64,000 bases of DNA from a virus. Of the stretch, positions 38,201 to 45,613 are shown in pieces (the first letter of the stretch is position 1; every line of letters begins with the position of its first letter). The notes under the pieces are model-generated. The model was not told where the DNA came from, searched no databases, and was given only the letters and a program-made list of their open reading frames with translations. The stretch is from the IMG/VR virus record IMGVR_UViG_3300021135_000003, one strand, 5' to 3'. Position numbers and translations under genes: made by a program.

Positions 38201-38848
38201 ACTTCGTTTACTGGATCTACTGGCGCATTTACTTTTAATGCGGGCGGAACTCTTACTTCTACTATTGCTGGCGTTAGAACTGCAATGTCTTCTATCGGTA
38301 TCGGTAAATATGTAACTATTGCTAATGCTACTACTAGCACCAACAATGGAACATTCTTAGTTACTGGCTTCACAGACGATGGTACTACTGGCACCCTTAC
38401 ATTGAATACCACGTTTACTGGAGAATCTGCTGTTACTTCTGGTACTGTAACTACGGTTTCTGCTCGTGTATTATTCGCTGATGAAATTGCTCCAATCGGC
38501 GGAACTACTGCAAGTAAATATGTAACTACTCCTATTAAGTTTGCCAACGCATCGACTTATATGAAAGTTATGATTACTGCAAATATCCCTGCTGAAGCTG
38601 ATGTTGGTGTATTTTATAAAACAGTTACTGGTGATAGTGCTCAACTAAAGTATGCTAAATATACTAAAATGACACCAGATTCACCTATCGTTAAGGTAGA
38701 TAATGGTAATAATACTTTTACTGATATTACCTATACATTGACTGGTATACAATCGTACGATACGGCAACAATTAAAATCGTTATGAATTCTTCGAATTCT
38801 GCTGCAGTACCGATTATTAAGGACTTCAGAGTAATCGCTTGCCCATAA
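32261..38848 (+). CDS. Large virion structural protein (VrlC/DUF4815-like)
   Basis: PYNDDYD..FYRILYRP..VQARELTQMQSILQNQ, KRYTMRDIGKLE, DPLAQSF, PIIKDFRVIA. Confidence 0.85.
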   Translation: MLDFNTEPYNDDYDPAKQFYRILYRPSFAVQARELTQMQSILQNQIKTHGDNIFKNGAMVIPGQASIQADGQPGGGADYVKLIPVYSNVAVETFLSALNGQTIIGQTTGLTATVTYCQSAENDDPTTLYLNYTGPTPTGSTTAKTFGINEVLKTSDGTYTFQIGSTSDCVGKGSLASIQQGVYYINGYFVLCTQQTIVLDKYTTTPTYRIGLVYTESIVTPESDETLLDNAQNSYNYAAPGAHRYMIDLTLTKLTIDSTSDTNFVEVIRVTNGKINTIVQDTAYNTIYNQIETEIQRRTYDTNGDYTVSGFDIDVREHRNNNRGTWTTNTAYLIGDVVTYNGNIYTALNTTTSITTPPTHTSGSAYDGSSTTGVNWQYTTNPIYNRGINLDGNENQLAIGIEAGKAYVQGHEIEKTAVTYIPVNKARDFVQTTNSVIPATVGNYVLVTNVNNLPPVDTYANVILYNYITGGTVGTSPSGATAVGTARVRVMEYHSGLPFSSSTIYKLSLFDVQMNSGYKFNTDVKSFVYAVGSAATSFSADISPITNQLIGSVTASGTTVNGTGTSFLTDLAVNDLVQISASGSSYYRRVVSITNQNAIVVDSSVTVTGATIIKCTTQIAEPENISLIFPLPYYAIRSVKGVGSSGVNNTTYVCYQKFTQNASGTTLNLSTSGTFASAADSTHYACYDNTTGVVFTPITILPVGSNATITVPSAQSGHSITVIATVQRNGSGFEKTKTLYTVSETFTTAAAAQAAVVYLDKADVFQIVSVTMATGAAFGTTPASTAYTTDISDRYSFDNGQRNTHYDWGSLTLLPSFAAPSNPIKVTYQYFEHTSGDYFDVNSYYNPLVANSGIDYKLIPANLRDAIDFRPRVANRSFAVASGGSNFMAYKNFTQTGSSYSAMPKRGESITADYSYYLARRDKVAVDLNGNIFDINGVSSVTPGYPVDPALGMVLYTLDLQPYTFGTTSTNVSVSKIDNKRYTMRDIGKLESRINTLEYYTSLSLLEQETQSMKITDSKGLDRMKNGFVVDNFAGNNLGDSTNPDYFCSVDMESNQLRPFYTMYNVNLLEKFSTNTLRSGANYQLTGDIITLPYTTTPLITQSYASRLENINPFAIFTFLGSVQLNPPTDDWFETARLPDIIQQVEGNYNMVALMAEKAGVLGTVWNAWQTEWTGQPVSTGTTTYVGDKRGVGVASWRDGTVSNTDASQLDATFGGGPQSPLGGWAHRQVTVETTAVAIGQSRSGVNTSIALKTDYQQVDDVVVSTALIPYIRSRNILVQAHKLKPNTKFYPYFDGLDISAFCIPAIKIIISGVTGTFDTSSNVGAQASDPKRRIANDVQVCLNAGDVISNGTGGSAVVVNSYIDGNGNKCLSVVNIIGTLSGPTIVGGISIPGDSITGSYSGATATIVSVTPQSTLTTTASGDLEFLFNIPNTDSVRFRTGSRELKLVDSSTYAGNYTSRGIATYEATGTLTTKQATINAVRNATLVQEQVSDNQVIHQSGPDRVLSDTGWYDPLAQSFLIQQKGGAFLTSIDIFFATKDANIPVTLSIREMINGAPGKRILPFSTVTKFPADVNLSANTVTTADGNTYPTFDTPTTFTFDSPVYVQDTTEYCFVLQSDSNSYNVWISYMGDTIPGSGRTISEQPYAGVMFKSQNASTWTPDQSADIKFTINRAVFNTSVVADVEFVNDVLPYDNLDTDPFETTSGSNLVRVWHYDHGMPVGSTVDISAVNANDPGTGTITTSISSSTVTGVGTTFTTQAIVGTNLYSAQDVYIGTVTAVGSDTSLTLSANATIALPAGSTFQYVGPVNGIPANQVFKQSIISNVDLNSYTITTTANATLTGYTGGTLIRASRNIEFDTVNPSVQIQSFSDTTSSFAVKTTSGKSVDGSQTPYVVDSSFTPCLIKQNNDFGSPRMIASEWNEGANIGGSKSLTFSAALQTSNDAVSPVIDTTRTSLIAVKNILNYPTESNTNVAAIDTVTSFTGSTGAFTFNAGGTLTSTIAGVRTAMSSIGIGKYVTIANATTSTNNGTFLVTGFTDDGTTGTLTLNTTFTGESAVTSGTVTTVSARVLFADEIAPIGGTTASKYVTTPIKFANASTYMKVMITANIPAEADVGVFYKTVTGDSAQLKYAKYTKMTPDSPIVKVDNGNNTFTDITYTLTGIQSYDTATIKIVMNSSNSAAVPIIKDFRVIACP

Positions 38849-38849
38849 T

Positions 38850-39074
38850 ATGAAATATTTGAAAGTTGCGGGACACGCTGGTTTAGTTAGAGATACCACG
38901 ACTGGCGCAATCCTAAATACTAATAAGAGTGAATATGAGGAATATATCGCTAGACAGCGTGAAGCTGAGGAGCGAGAAGCTGAAATTTCTCAACATACTG
39001 AAGATATAAATAACATTAAGAACGAATTGCAGGACATTAAATCATTGCTTCTTCAAATATTGAAAAAAGATTGA
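38850..39074 (+). CDS. Small conserved protein (coiled-coil C-term) following VrlC-like gene
   Basis: KVAGHAGLVRDTTTGAILN..EY, heptad tail. Confidence 0.7.
   Translation: MKYLKVAGHAGLVRDTTTGAILNTNKSEYEEYIARQREAEEREAEISQHTEDINNIKNELQDIKSLLLQILKKD
39005..39012 (+). promoter_or_regulatory. T4 consensus late promoter TATAAATA upstream of the NC-tailed fiber
   Basis: Exact TATAAATA about 80 nt before ATG 39091. Confidence 0.65.
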
Positions 39075-39090
39075 CCAAAGGAAACCTTAA

Positions 39091-40293
39091 ATGGCAAACA
39101 TAACATCCGCATCTATTACGCTAAGATCTTCTAAAGGAAGCCCTCTTACTAATACAGAAGTAGATAATAACTTCTCAAACATTAATACAGCCCTTGCGAC
39201 TGGTCTTACTGCAGCTAGTTATACTGCAGCAGACGTATTATCAAAATTAAACTCTGTTTCTGGACCTACTCAAGCTGGTGGTGTAAACGCTGATACTGTG
39301 ACCTTTGCGTCTGGTGCTCGTTCTGCTACTAACTTGGCTACTGGTAATACTATCGTTGCTCGCGACAGTTCTGGAAATTTCTCTGCTACTACGATTACTG
39401 CTAACTTAACTGGAACTGCCTCTGTTGCTTCTAGTTTAAACTATACAGTGGCTATTTCTGGTGGTGGTACTGGTGCTACTGACGCTGGTACTGCTCGTAC
39501 TAACCTTGGACTTGCTATTGGTTCAAACGTACAAGCATATAGCGGAACTCTTGCTGCATTAGCTGGTACAACTACTGCTACTGATACTTTACCATACTAC
39601 ACTGGAGCAGGAACTGCGTCAACCACTACTTTTGGTTCTTATGGAAGAACATTAGTTGGTTCTGCTGATGCTCCTACTGCTCGTAGTAATCTTGGTCTAG
39701 TTATTGGCACTAACGTACAAGCATATGACGCAACATTAACTTCATTGGCTGGTTCTGGAACTGGTATTTTAGTTAAAACAGGTACTGGTACAACTGCTCC
39801 TCGCTCACTTGCTGCTGGCACAGGTATTACTATTAGTAACGCTGATGGTACTGGTGGTAACCCAACGATCTCCGTTACATCTTATGTTTCTTCTGTACAA
39901 GGAGCAATAGGTGCTGTTATTGTTTCTGTTCCTGTTACATCCGTTCAAGGTAGCATTGGTGGTGTTATTGTAACAAACATCTCTGGTTCTGCTGGATATG
40001 CTACTAATGCTGGTTATGCTACTAATGCTGGTTACGCTGGAAACTCTGGCGGTGGTTGGCCAGGTTCTCTATCGCAGTTTTCCAATAACTTAGGTAACTA
40101 TGGCGCATGGGTTCCGCATAACCAAAAATATGGTCAACAGCGTATGTCTGGTTTTGGACCATATTCTGGAGGGCAGGGTAACTGTGGTAATAATCCATAT
40201 GGTCCAGTTGCGTATATTTACTTGGATACTGGCTCTGCTATGAATGCTGGTTGGTACCATCAAAATTGTCACAACTGTAACTGTAACTGCTAA
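39091..40293 (+). CDS. Tail-fiber-like protein with Cys/Asn-rich C-terminus (NCHNCNCNC)
   Basis: KGSPLTNTEVDNNF N-term, two ARxNLGL..GxNVQAY repeats, GYATNA repeats; all five Cys lie in the last about 36 aa. Confidence 0.8.
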   Translation: MANITSASITLRSSKGSPLTNTEVDNNFSNINTALATGLTAASYTAADVLSKLNSVSGPTQAGGVNADTVTFASGARSATNLATGNTIVARDSSGNFSATTITANLTGTASVASSLNYTVAISGGGTGATDAGTARTNLGLAIGSNVQAYSGTLAALAGTTTATDTLPYYTGAGTASTTTFGSYGRTLVGSADAPTARSNLGLVIGTNVQAYDATLTSLAGSGTGILVKTGTGTTAPRSLAAGTGITISNADGTGGNPTISVTSYVSSVQGAIGAVIVSVPVTSVQGSIGGVIVTNISGSAGYATNAGYATNAGYAGNSGGGWPGSLSQFSNNLGNYGAWVPHNQKYGQQRMSGFGPYSGGQGNCGNNPYGPVAYIYLDTGSAMNAGWYHQNCHNCNCNC

Positions 40294-40304
40294 GGATAAA
40301 AATA

Positions 40305-41141
40305 ATGGCAATAATTAAAAAAATTAAACCTGTAGCTCAGTATTTTCCAGAGTTATTTACTGGAAAAAATCATACAATAAATTATATTTTTAATATAACA
40401 GAAGATGTATTGAACTTACAAATAACTAGAACTAAAACAACTGAAGAAGAAGATGTAGTTTTATACGCATTTTCTCTTTCGTTAGACGTATTAAAATCAA
40501 GTTCTCGACTTTCTGATCATTCATATTGGACTTTTGGTAATGTAAATTTACACCCAATTGATGGATATGTACAAAATTTAACTGTTGCTAATTTGTTATC
40601 AATTTTTGATAAAACATTTGCAACTAAACCAAAAATATTAGTGAATGAACAATTAGGTGGTGCTGAACTTGATTACAAGTTTCCTGTTAGAATATTCGTT
40701 CCTTCTTATAATTCAAAATTTACTGATTGTACATTTTTAGTTGCTAAATTTGATCAGTTACAACCTACAGATGATTCTCCGCCTGTAAACGATCCATATA
40801 ATATTAGTATAACAGTAGATGTAAATTCTCCAAATACATTTGTTGATGAATTTACTACTGCTTCTGAATTATTGGGAACAGTAACTTCTTCAACTACTCT
40901 TACCGATGTTTCTGCTGGTACCACAATTCCTGTTACTGTAACATGTTCAGATATTTCTGTTTCTATATTGTATCTTGAATCTGTGTGTGGTATTCTAGAT
41001 AGAAATCAAGTAAAAATGACAAATGGTTCTGGAACATTTAATGTTTTAACAAATACGTTAGAATCAGGCGATACTGTAGAGATTAAAATTGGATATAAAA
41101 AATATTCTAATGTTAATACCTTTACTAAAACATTAGCATAA
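40305..41141 (+). CDS. Hypothetical protein (possible fiber partner; beta-rich C-term)
   Basis: 278-aa ORF with SD AAGGA between fiber and radical SAM gene. Confidence 0.6.
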   Translation: MAIIKKIKPVAQYFPELFTGKNHTINYIFNITEDVLNLQITRTKTTEEEDVVLYAFSLSLDVLKSSSRLSDHSYWTFGNVNLHPIDGYVQNLTVANLLSIFDKTFATKPKILVNEQLGGAELDYKFPVRIFVPSYNSKFTDCTFLVAKFDQLQPTDDSPPVNDPYNISITVDVNSPNTFVDEFTTASELLGTVTSSTTLTDVSAGTTIPVTVTCSDISVSILYLESVCGILDRNQVKMTNGSGTFNVLTNTLESGDTVEIKIGYKKYSNVNTFTKTLA

Positions 41142-41159
41142 ATATTTTTATACTATGTT

Positions 41160-41193
41160 AATCCCACTATAACATAGTGGGATTTTTCTTTTT
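41160..41193 (+). terminator. Intrinsic terminator-like hairpin upstream of radical SAM gene
   Basis: AATCCCACTAT-AAC-ATAGTGGGATT followed by a T-rich tract. Confidence 0.7.
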
Positions 41194-41209
41194 ATACTCG
41201 GAATAAACT

Positions 41210-42604
41210 ATGGCCAAATTTGAAATTACCGCACATAATCCTTTAACCAAAGATACACGTAAAATAATTTACGATTCTTCTAGAAGTACATTGAAATGGG
41301 AAGATGGTACTGATCTAGTAGATTTTCCAAAAACACCAACAATTATTGCAGAAAAACAAATTAAAATTCAGCAAGGCAAGCGCGACTTATCAACAATAAA
41401 AATTCAGCTTGGTCTTTCGTGTAATTTTGAATGTGATTATTGTAATCAAAGATTTGTACCCCACGCAGATTCAACTAATCCAGACGATGTATTTCCATTT
41501 GTTATGAATATGTCAACCTGGTATAAAGGTGGGGAAGATGGCCAAGGTAAAGGAACTAAAATTGAATTTTGGGGTGGAGAGCCATTCGTTTATTGGAAAA
41601 CAATGAAACCTCTTGCTGAAATGATAAGGATGCGATACCCTAATGCAGAATTTGGAGTTATTACAAACGGTAGTCTGTTGGACCAAGAGAAAAATGATTG
41701 GTTAGAAAAACTAAATTTCTCTGTTTCAGTATCACATGATGGTCCAGGTCAATTTGTTCGTGGTCCAGATCCATTATTAGATACTACCTCAAAGGCAGGT
41801 ATTATAGATTTATATAAAAGACTTGCGCCAAAACAACGATTTAGTTTTAATTCCATGATTAATAGTAAGAATATTAGTCGTGTTGATATTGAAGCATTTT
41901 TTGTAAAATTTGTTGTCGATGAAATTGGACCAACATACTTAAATCATCTTATGATAGGTGAGGGTACTTTTGTTGATGCCTATGATGAAGGTGGATTGGC
42001 TAATTCATTATTAGACGAGGAAGAAGATATTGCATTTAGAAATAAATCTTTAATGGATTTACGTTCTGGTAATGCAATGAAGTTTGGTACAATTCATGAT
42101 AAAGTAAAGGGTTTTATTGCATCACTAGAAACGAGAATCCCTCTTGAAGTTGTTACTCAAAAGTGCGGTATGGACAAACCTGAGAATATTGCGATTGACT
42201 TAAATGGTAACGTGTTAACCTGCCAAAATGTAAGCACAGCTTCGATTAATCCTGCAGGTGTTTCTCATCATATTGGCCATGTTTCTAATCTGGAAGCAGT
42301 TGATTTAAAAACATCAACTCACTGGAGTGATAGAGAAGAATGCCCAAATTGTCCAGTAGTTCATATTTGTAAAGGTGCTTGTATGTTTCTTTCTGGAGAA
42401 CTTTGGGAAGCATCTTGTAATAATGCCTTTAGTGATAATATAACTGTACTAACAATCGCTATAGAGATTCTTTCCAAGGGATATGTTCTTGGTTATATTG
42501 AAGGACCATTACGTCAAGATAGAAAAGATGTTTACTGGTGGATGAATGGTAAACCAGAAAATACTCGTAAAGCAAAAAAAGTAATCTCAATTATGGCAGT
42601 ATAA
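41210..42604 (+). CDS. Radical SAM enzyme with SPASM domain
   Basis: CNFECDYC (CxxxCxxC), FWGGEP, ITNG, SHDG; SPASM Cys: CGM...TCQN...CPNCPVVHICKGAC...C. Confidence 0.93.
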   Translation: MAKFEITAHNPLTKDTRKIIYDSSRSTLKWEDGTDLVDFPKTPTIIAEKQIKIQQGKRDLSTIKIQLGLSCNFECDYCNQRFVPHADSTNPDDVFPFVMNMSTWYKGGEDGQGKGTKIEFWGGEPFVYWKTMKPLAEMIRMRYPNAEFGVITNGSLLDQEKNDWLEKLNFSVSVSHDGPGQFVRGPDPLLDTTSKAGIIDLYKRLAPKQRFSFNSMINSKNISRVDIEAFFVKFVVDEIGPTYLNHLMIGEGTFVDAYDEGGLANSLLDEEEDIAFRNKSLMDLRSGNAMKFGTIHDKVKGFIASLETRIPLEVVTQKCGMDKPENIAIDLNGNVLTCQNVSTASINPAGVSHHIGHVSNLEAVDLKTSTHWSDREECPNCPVVHICKGACMFLSGELWEASCNNAFSDNITVLTIAIEILSKGYVLGYIEGPLRQDRKDVYWWMNGKPENTRKAKKVISIMAV

Positions 42605-42605
42605 G

Positions 42606-42899
42606 ATGGAATCATTCATTAAAGGGTATCTTTTTGAAATTAATGGATTCCCAAGAAATAACGATCTTTTTACGATAAAAGATTATTTTTATTACGAATC
42701 AAATACACCAGAATATGGGTATAGAGACACAATTATCCCACGAGAACTTGTTATAAATAATGATGAAATTCCAGATGAAGGTATCATAAGAGAACTTATA
42801 AATAAAGGTATATTCTCTATGAAAAGGTCAATTGACCTAAATAAACAAACAGAAACGTGGTTTTTTGAAACTAAGTGTTTAAAGGAAATAAACAAATGA
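42606..42899 (+). CDS. Hypothetical protein
   Basis: 97-aa ORF immediately after radical SAM stop. Confidence 0.5.
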   Translation: MESFIKGYLFEINGFPRNNDLFTIKDYFYYESNTPEYGYRDTIIPRELVINNDEIPDEGIIRELINKGIFSMKRSIDLNKQTETWFFETKCLKEINK

Positions 42900-43843
42900 C
42901 AACCAAACATGTAAAATGGGTTATTGCCCACGAGCCAATCGGCTTATTTTTGAAAGTTGCAGAAGCATTTTCTGCTGAAGTTAACGAGAAAACTAATGGT
43001 GCATTTAACATCGAAGTTCTTTCTTTAACTGACTATACTAACAAGTATAATGCTGGTAAGAAAATTACCAAGAATGAACTAATGGAGTTGGTTGATAATG
43101 GCACTATCGAAATGAGCCATATCTACACTACTTGGTTGGCTGATTACAATAAAGATCTTCATGCTTTAGATCTACCATTCCTATTCCGCGATCATGATCA
43201 CGCTAATGCAGTTTTAGAAGGCGAGATCGGTGCTGAGTTATTAGCAGGTGTTGCTAAGAATTCTAATACTCACGCTATGTCTTTCACTTACTCTGGTGGA
43301 TATCGTGTTGTTCCAGCTAACTTCCGTGCTGATACTGTAGAAGCATGGCAAGGTCAAACAGTTCGTACTTCTCGTAGCCCAGTTGCTGTTGAAACTTTCA
43401 AACTTCTTGGTGCTGAGCCAAAAGAGCATATCGCTCTTGAGGAAATGAATGAATTTGCAGATCGCGGTGAGATCGCTGCTGGTGAGTCTACTTACGTACG
43501 TATTTTCCCACTAGATCAATATAAGTCTTTCAAAGTTGTTAATGATACAGCACACAGCTTGTTCTTGACTTCTATTATCGTTAATAAAGATTTCATGAGC
43601 CAGTTTGATGATGAGACTCAAGAGATTATGGCTACTGCTGCATTCAATGCTGCTCGTAAAGAGCGTCGCGAATCAGTTGCTGATATTCCTAACATTCTTG
43701 CAGAATGTGAAGCCAAAGGTGTTGAAGTTGTTCGTATGTCTGCTGAAGAAGAAAGTAAGTTCAAACAAGTTACTTCTAAGGTATATGAGAAATTTGCTGA
43801 TTACTTCACTCCAGGTTTGGTTCAGAAGATTCAGTTACATTAA
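42896..43843 (+). CDS. dctP: TRAP-type (DctP-like) solute-binding protein lacking a signal peptide
   Basis: LDLPFLFRDHDHA, GGYRVV, conserved Arg in TVRTS, LGAEP, TAHSLF; SD AAGGA; CTAAATA at 42837-42843. Confidence 0.82.
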   Translation: MTTKHVKWVIAHEPIGLFLKVAEAFSAEVNEKTNGAFNIEVLSLTDYTNKYNAGKKITKNELMELVDNGTIEMSHIYTTWLADYNKDLHALDLPFLFRDHDHANAVLEGEIGAELLAGVAKNSNTHAMSFTYSGGYRVVPANFRADTVEAWQGQTVRTSRSPVAVETFKLLGAEPKEHIALEEMNEFADRGEIAAGESTYVRIFPLDQYKSFKVVNDTAHSLFLTSIIVNKDFMSQFDDETQEIMATAAFNAARKERRESVADIPNILAECEAKGVEVVRMSAEEESKFKQVTSKVYEKFADYFTPGLVQKIQLH

Positions 43844-43865
43844 TTGTAATTAATGCCTAAATATG

Positions 43866-43892
43866 AGGGAGCTTCGGCTCCCTTTTTATTTT
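43866..43892 (+). terminator. Intrinsic terminator with UUCG loop
   Basis: AGGGAGC-TTCG-GCTCCCT then TTTTATTTT. Confidence 0.88.
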
Positions 43893-43902
43893 GAAAGATA
43901 TT

Positions 43903-44967
43903 ATGAATAAACCAAAACATCCAGAAATTTTATATTATGATGTAAATAATGTATCAAAATATATGAAAGGACGTCCTGAAGATTTAATAAATTTTTCAGT
44001 TGAACGTAACGCTCAAACATATTTTGAATTGTATGAACTCTTTGGATTAAACAAGTATAATGTTGTCTACGATAGAACTGGGAACTTACCCCATTATCTT
44101 AGAATGGTTCCAGATTTATATCCAATACCAGATGCAGATATAAGTTATAATAAATCATTCTTTGAAGTAACAGAACAAAGATGTAAAGAATTACTTGCTC
44201 TAAACAAACCAATAAATGTTATGTGGTCTGGTGGTATTGATAGCACCTTTGTTTTGTTTATGTTACATTATTTTGCAAACGATAAAGATCAAGTTCGAGT
44301 TTGTGGGACTTATAATTCTATAATAGAATCTGGGGATATGTTTGACAGAAAAATTAAACATATGTTCAACCATAAGATAACAATCCCATTTACTAATGAG
44401 ATTAATTACCAAGAAGATGGGATCTATGTAAGCGGAATGTGCGGGAATCAGTTATTTGGTCCAACTGATGATATGTTTGCAACAGGTGGACCAGCAATGT
44501 TCCACCACACTCTTGGCACAAAAGAAACCATATATGAGCCGTATGAGAAAAATGTTGATCAAAAATTCTTGGAATTTTTAGATCCAGCGATCAAAGCCAG
44601 CCCAAGAAAACTTGAAACTGTCGCAGATTTACGATGGTATTGCATTTTTAATTTAGATTGGTATACTGCAGTTTATGAACATAAGATACGATTAGAACCA
44701 TCTAAGGCGGAGAAGATTCATGGGTTTTTTAATTCCATCGAATTTCAAAAATGGGCAGTAAATACTAAAGAGCCGTTCACAAAGATAAGAGGGGATTCAA
44801 CTACTCATCGATGGCAGATGAGAGAAATCCTTAAAGATCTATTTGGTGAAGAACATTATGCATTAAACAAAACGAAAAAGATATCTAATTTTGGAATCAA
44901 TCAGCAGAACTGGATTTTTCTACTAGAAGGATATCATAATGTTTTTGTCGACCAAGATGCAAACTAA
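43903..44967 (+). CDS. Asparagine-synthetase-like PP-loop ATPase (adenine nucleotide alpha-hydrolase)
   Basis: VMWSGGIDST and VSGMCGNQLFG (cf. AsnB SGEGADELFG); no glutaminase domain. Confidence 0.7.
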   Translation: MNKPKHPEILYYDVNNVSKYMKGRPEDLINFSVERNAQTYFELYELFGLNKYNVVYDRTGNLPHYLRMVPDLYPIPDADISYNKSFFEVTEQRCKELLALNKPINVMWSGGIDSTFVLFMLHYFANDKDQVRVCGTYNSIIESGDMFDRKIKHMFNHKITIPFTNEINYQEDGIYVSGMCGNQLFGPTDDMFATGGPAMFHHTLGTKETIYEPYEKNVDQKFLEFLDPAIKASPRKLETVADLRWYCIFNLDWYTAVYEHKIRLEPSKAEKIHGFFNSIEFQKWAVNTKEPFTKIRGDSTTHRWQMREILKDLFGEEHYALNKTKKISNFGINQQNWIFLLEGYHNVFVDQDAN

Positions 44968-44985
44968 GTCCCAACTTCCGTATCT

Positions 44986-44993
44986 TATAAATA
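44986..44993 (+). promoter_or_regulatory. T4 consensus late promoter TATAAATA
   Basis: Exact match 34 nt before ATG 45027. Confidence 0.7.
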
Positions 44994-45026
44994 AAGAGGT
45001 ATAAGAATAGTGTTTAGGATGGGTCA

Positions 45027-45362
45027 ATGGCTACTATTAGCAATCTTTTCGTGGACGCTGGAAGCGATTACAGTAACATAATTACTGTTAGTTCAACCAA
45101 CGGACAACCTCTGAATTTAGGTGGGTATACTGTAGCTTCTCAGATGAGAAAGTCCTACAGTTCATCCACAGCATATGCATTTACCGCAACAGTTTATGAC
45201 GCTGCCAATGGTAAAGTTAGACTCCAACTATCCGCTTCAGATTCTTCAGCTATTCCCGCAGGGAGATGGCTTTATGACGTGGAGATCACTTCTGCATCTG
45301 GTTCAAAAACCAGAGTAGTAGAGGGTATCGTAACAATAACCCCACAGATAACACAAATATAA
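45027..45362 (+). CDS. Conserved tail-fiber-associated Ig-like protein
   Basis: NLFVDAGSDY, SQMRKSY, GRWLYDVEI, RVVEGIVTITP. Confidence 0.7.
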   Translation: MATISNLFVDAGSDYSNIITVSSTNGQPLNLGGYTVASQMRKSYSSSTAYAFTATVYDAANGKVRLQLSASDSSAIPAGRWLYDVEITSASGSKTRVVEGIVTITPQITQI

Positions 45363-45613
45363 TGGCAGATATAGTAGCAGTTGTAACCCCAGACCAAGCA
45401 TTATCGGTCGCAGTTTCGGAAGGTGTTCTTACACTTTCACAAACAAATTTAGCTGCGCCAGCTGTGGTTGAATCGATTTCAAATATCGCCGATGTCGATA
45501 TTACTACTTACGGTAAAGTAAACGGGTCCATACTGGTTTACAAAACAAATACAAATAAATGGACAGCTTCCACTACGCTTGATGCGCAGAATATGGAAGG
45601 TGGCGAATTTTAA
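45362..45613 (+). CDS. Small fiber-associated protein ending MEGGEF
   Basis: IADVD...NGSILVY...KW motif; TAATG coupling. Confidence 0.65.
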   Translation: MADIVAVVTPDQALSVAVSEGVLTLSQTNLAAPAVVESISNIADVDITTYGKVNGSILVYKTNTNKWTASTTLDAQNMEGGEF

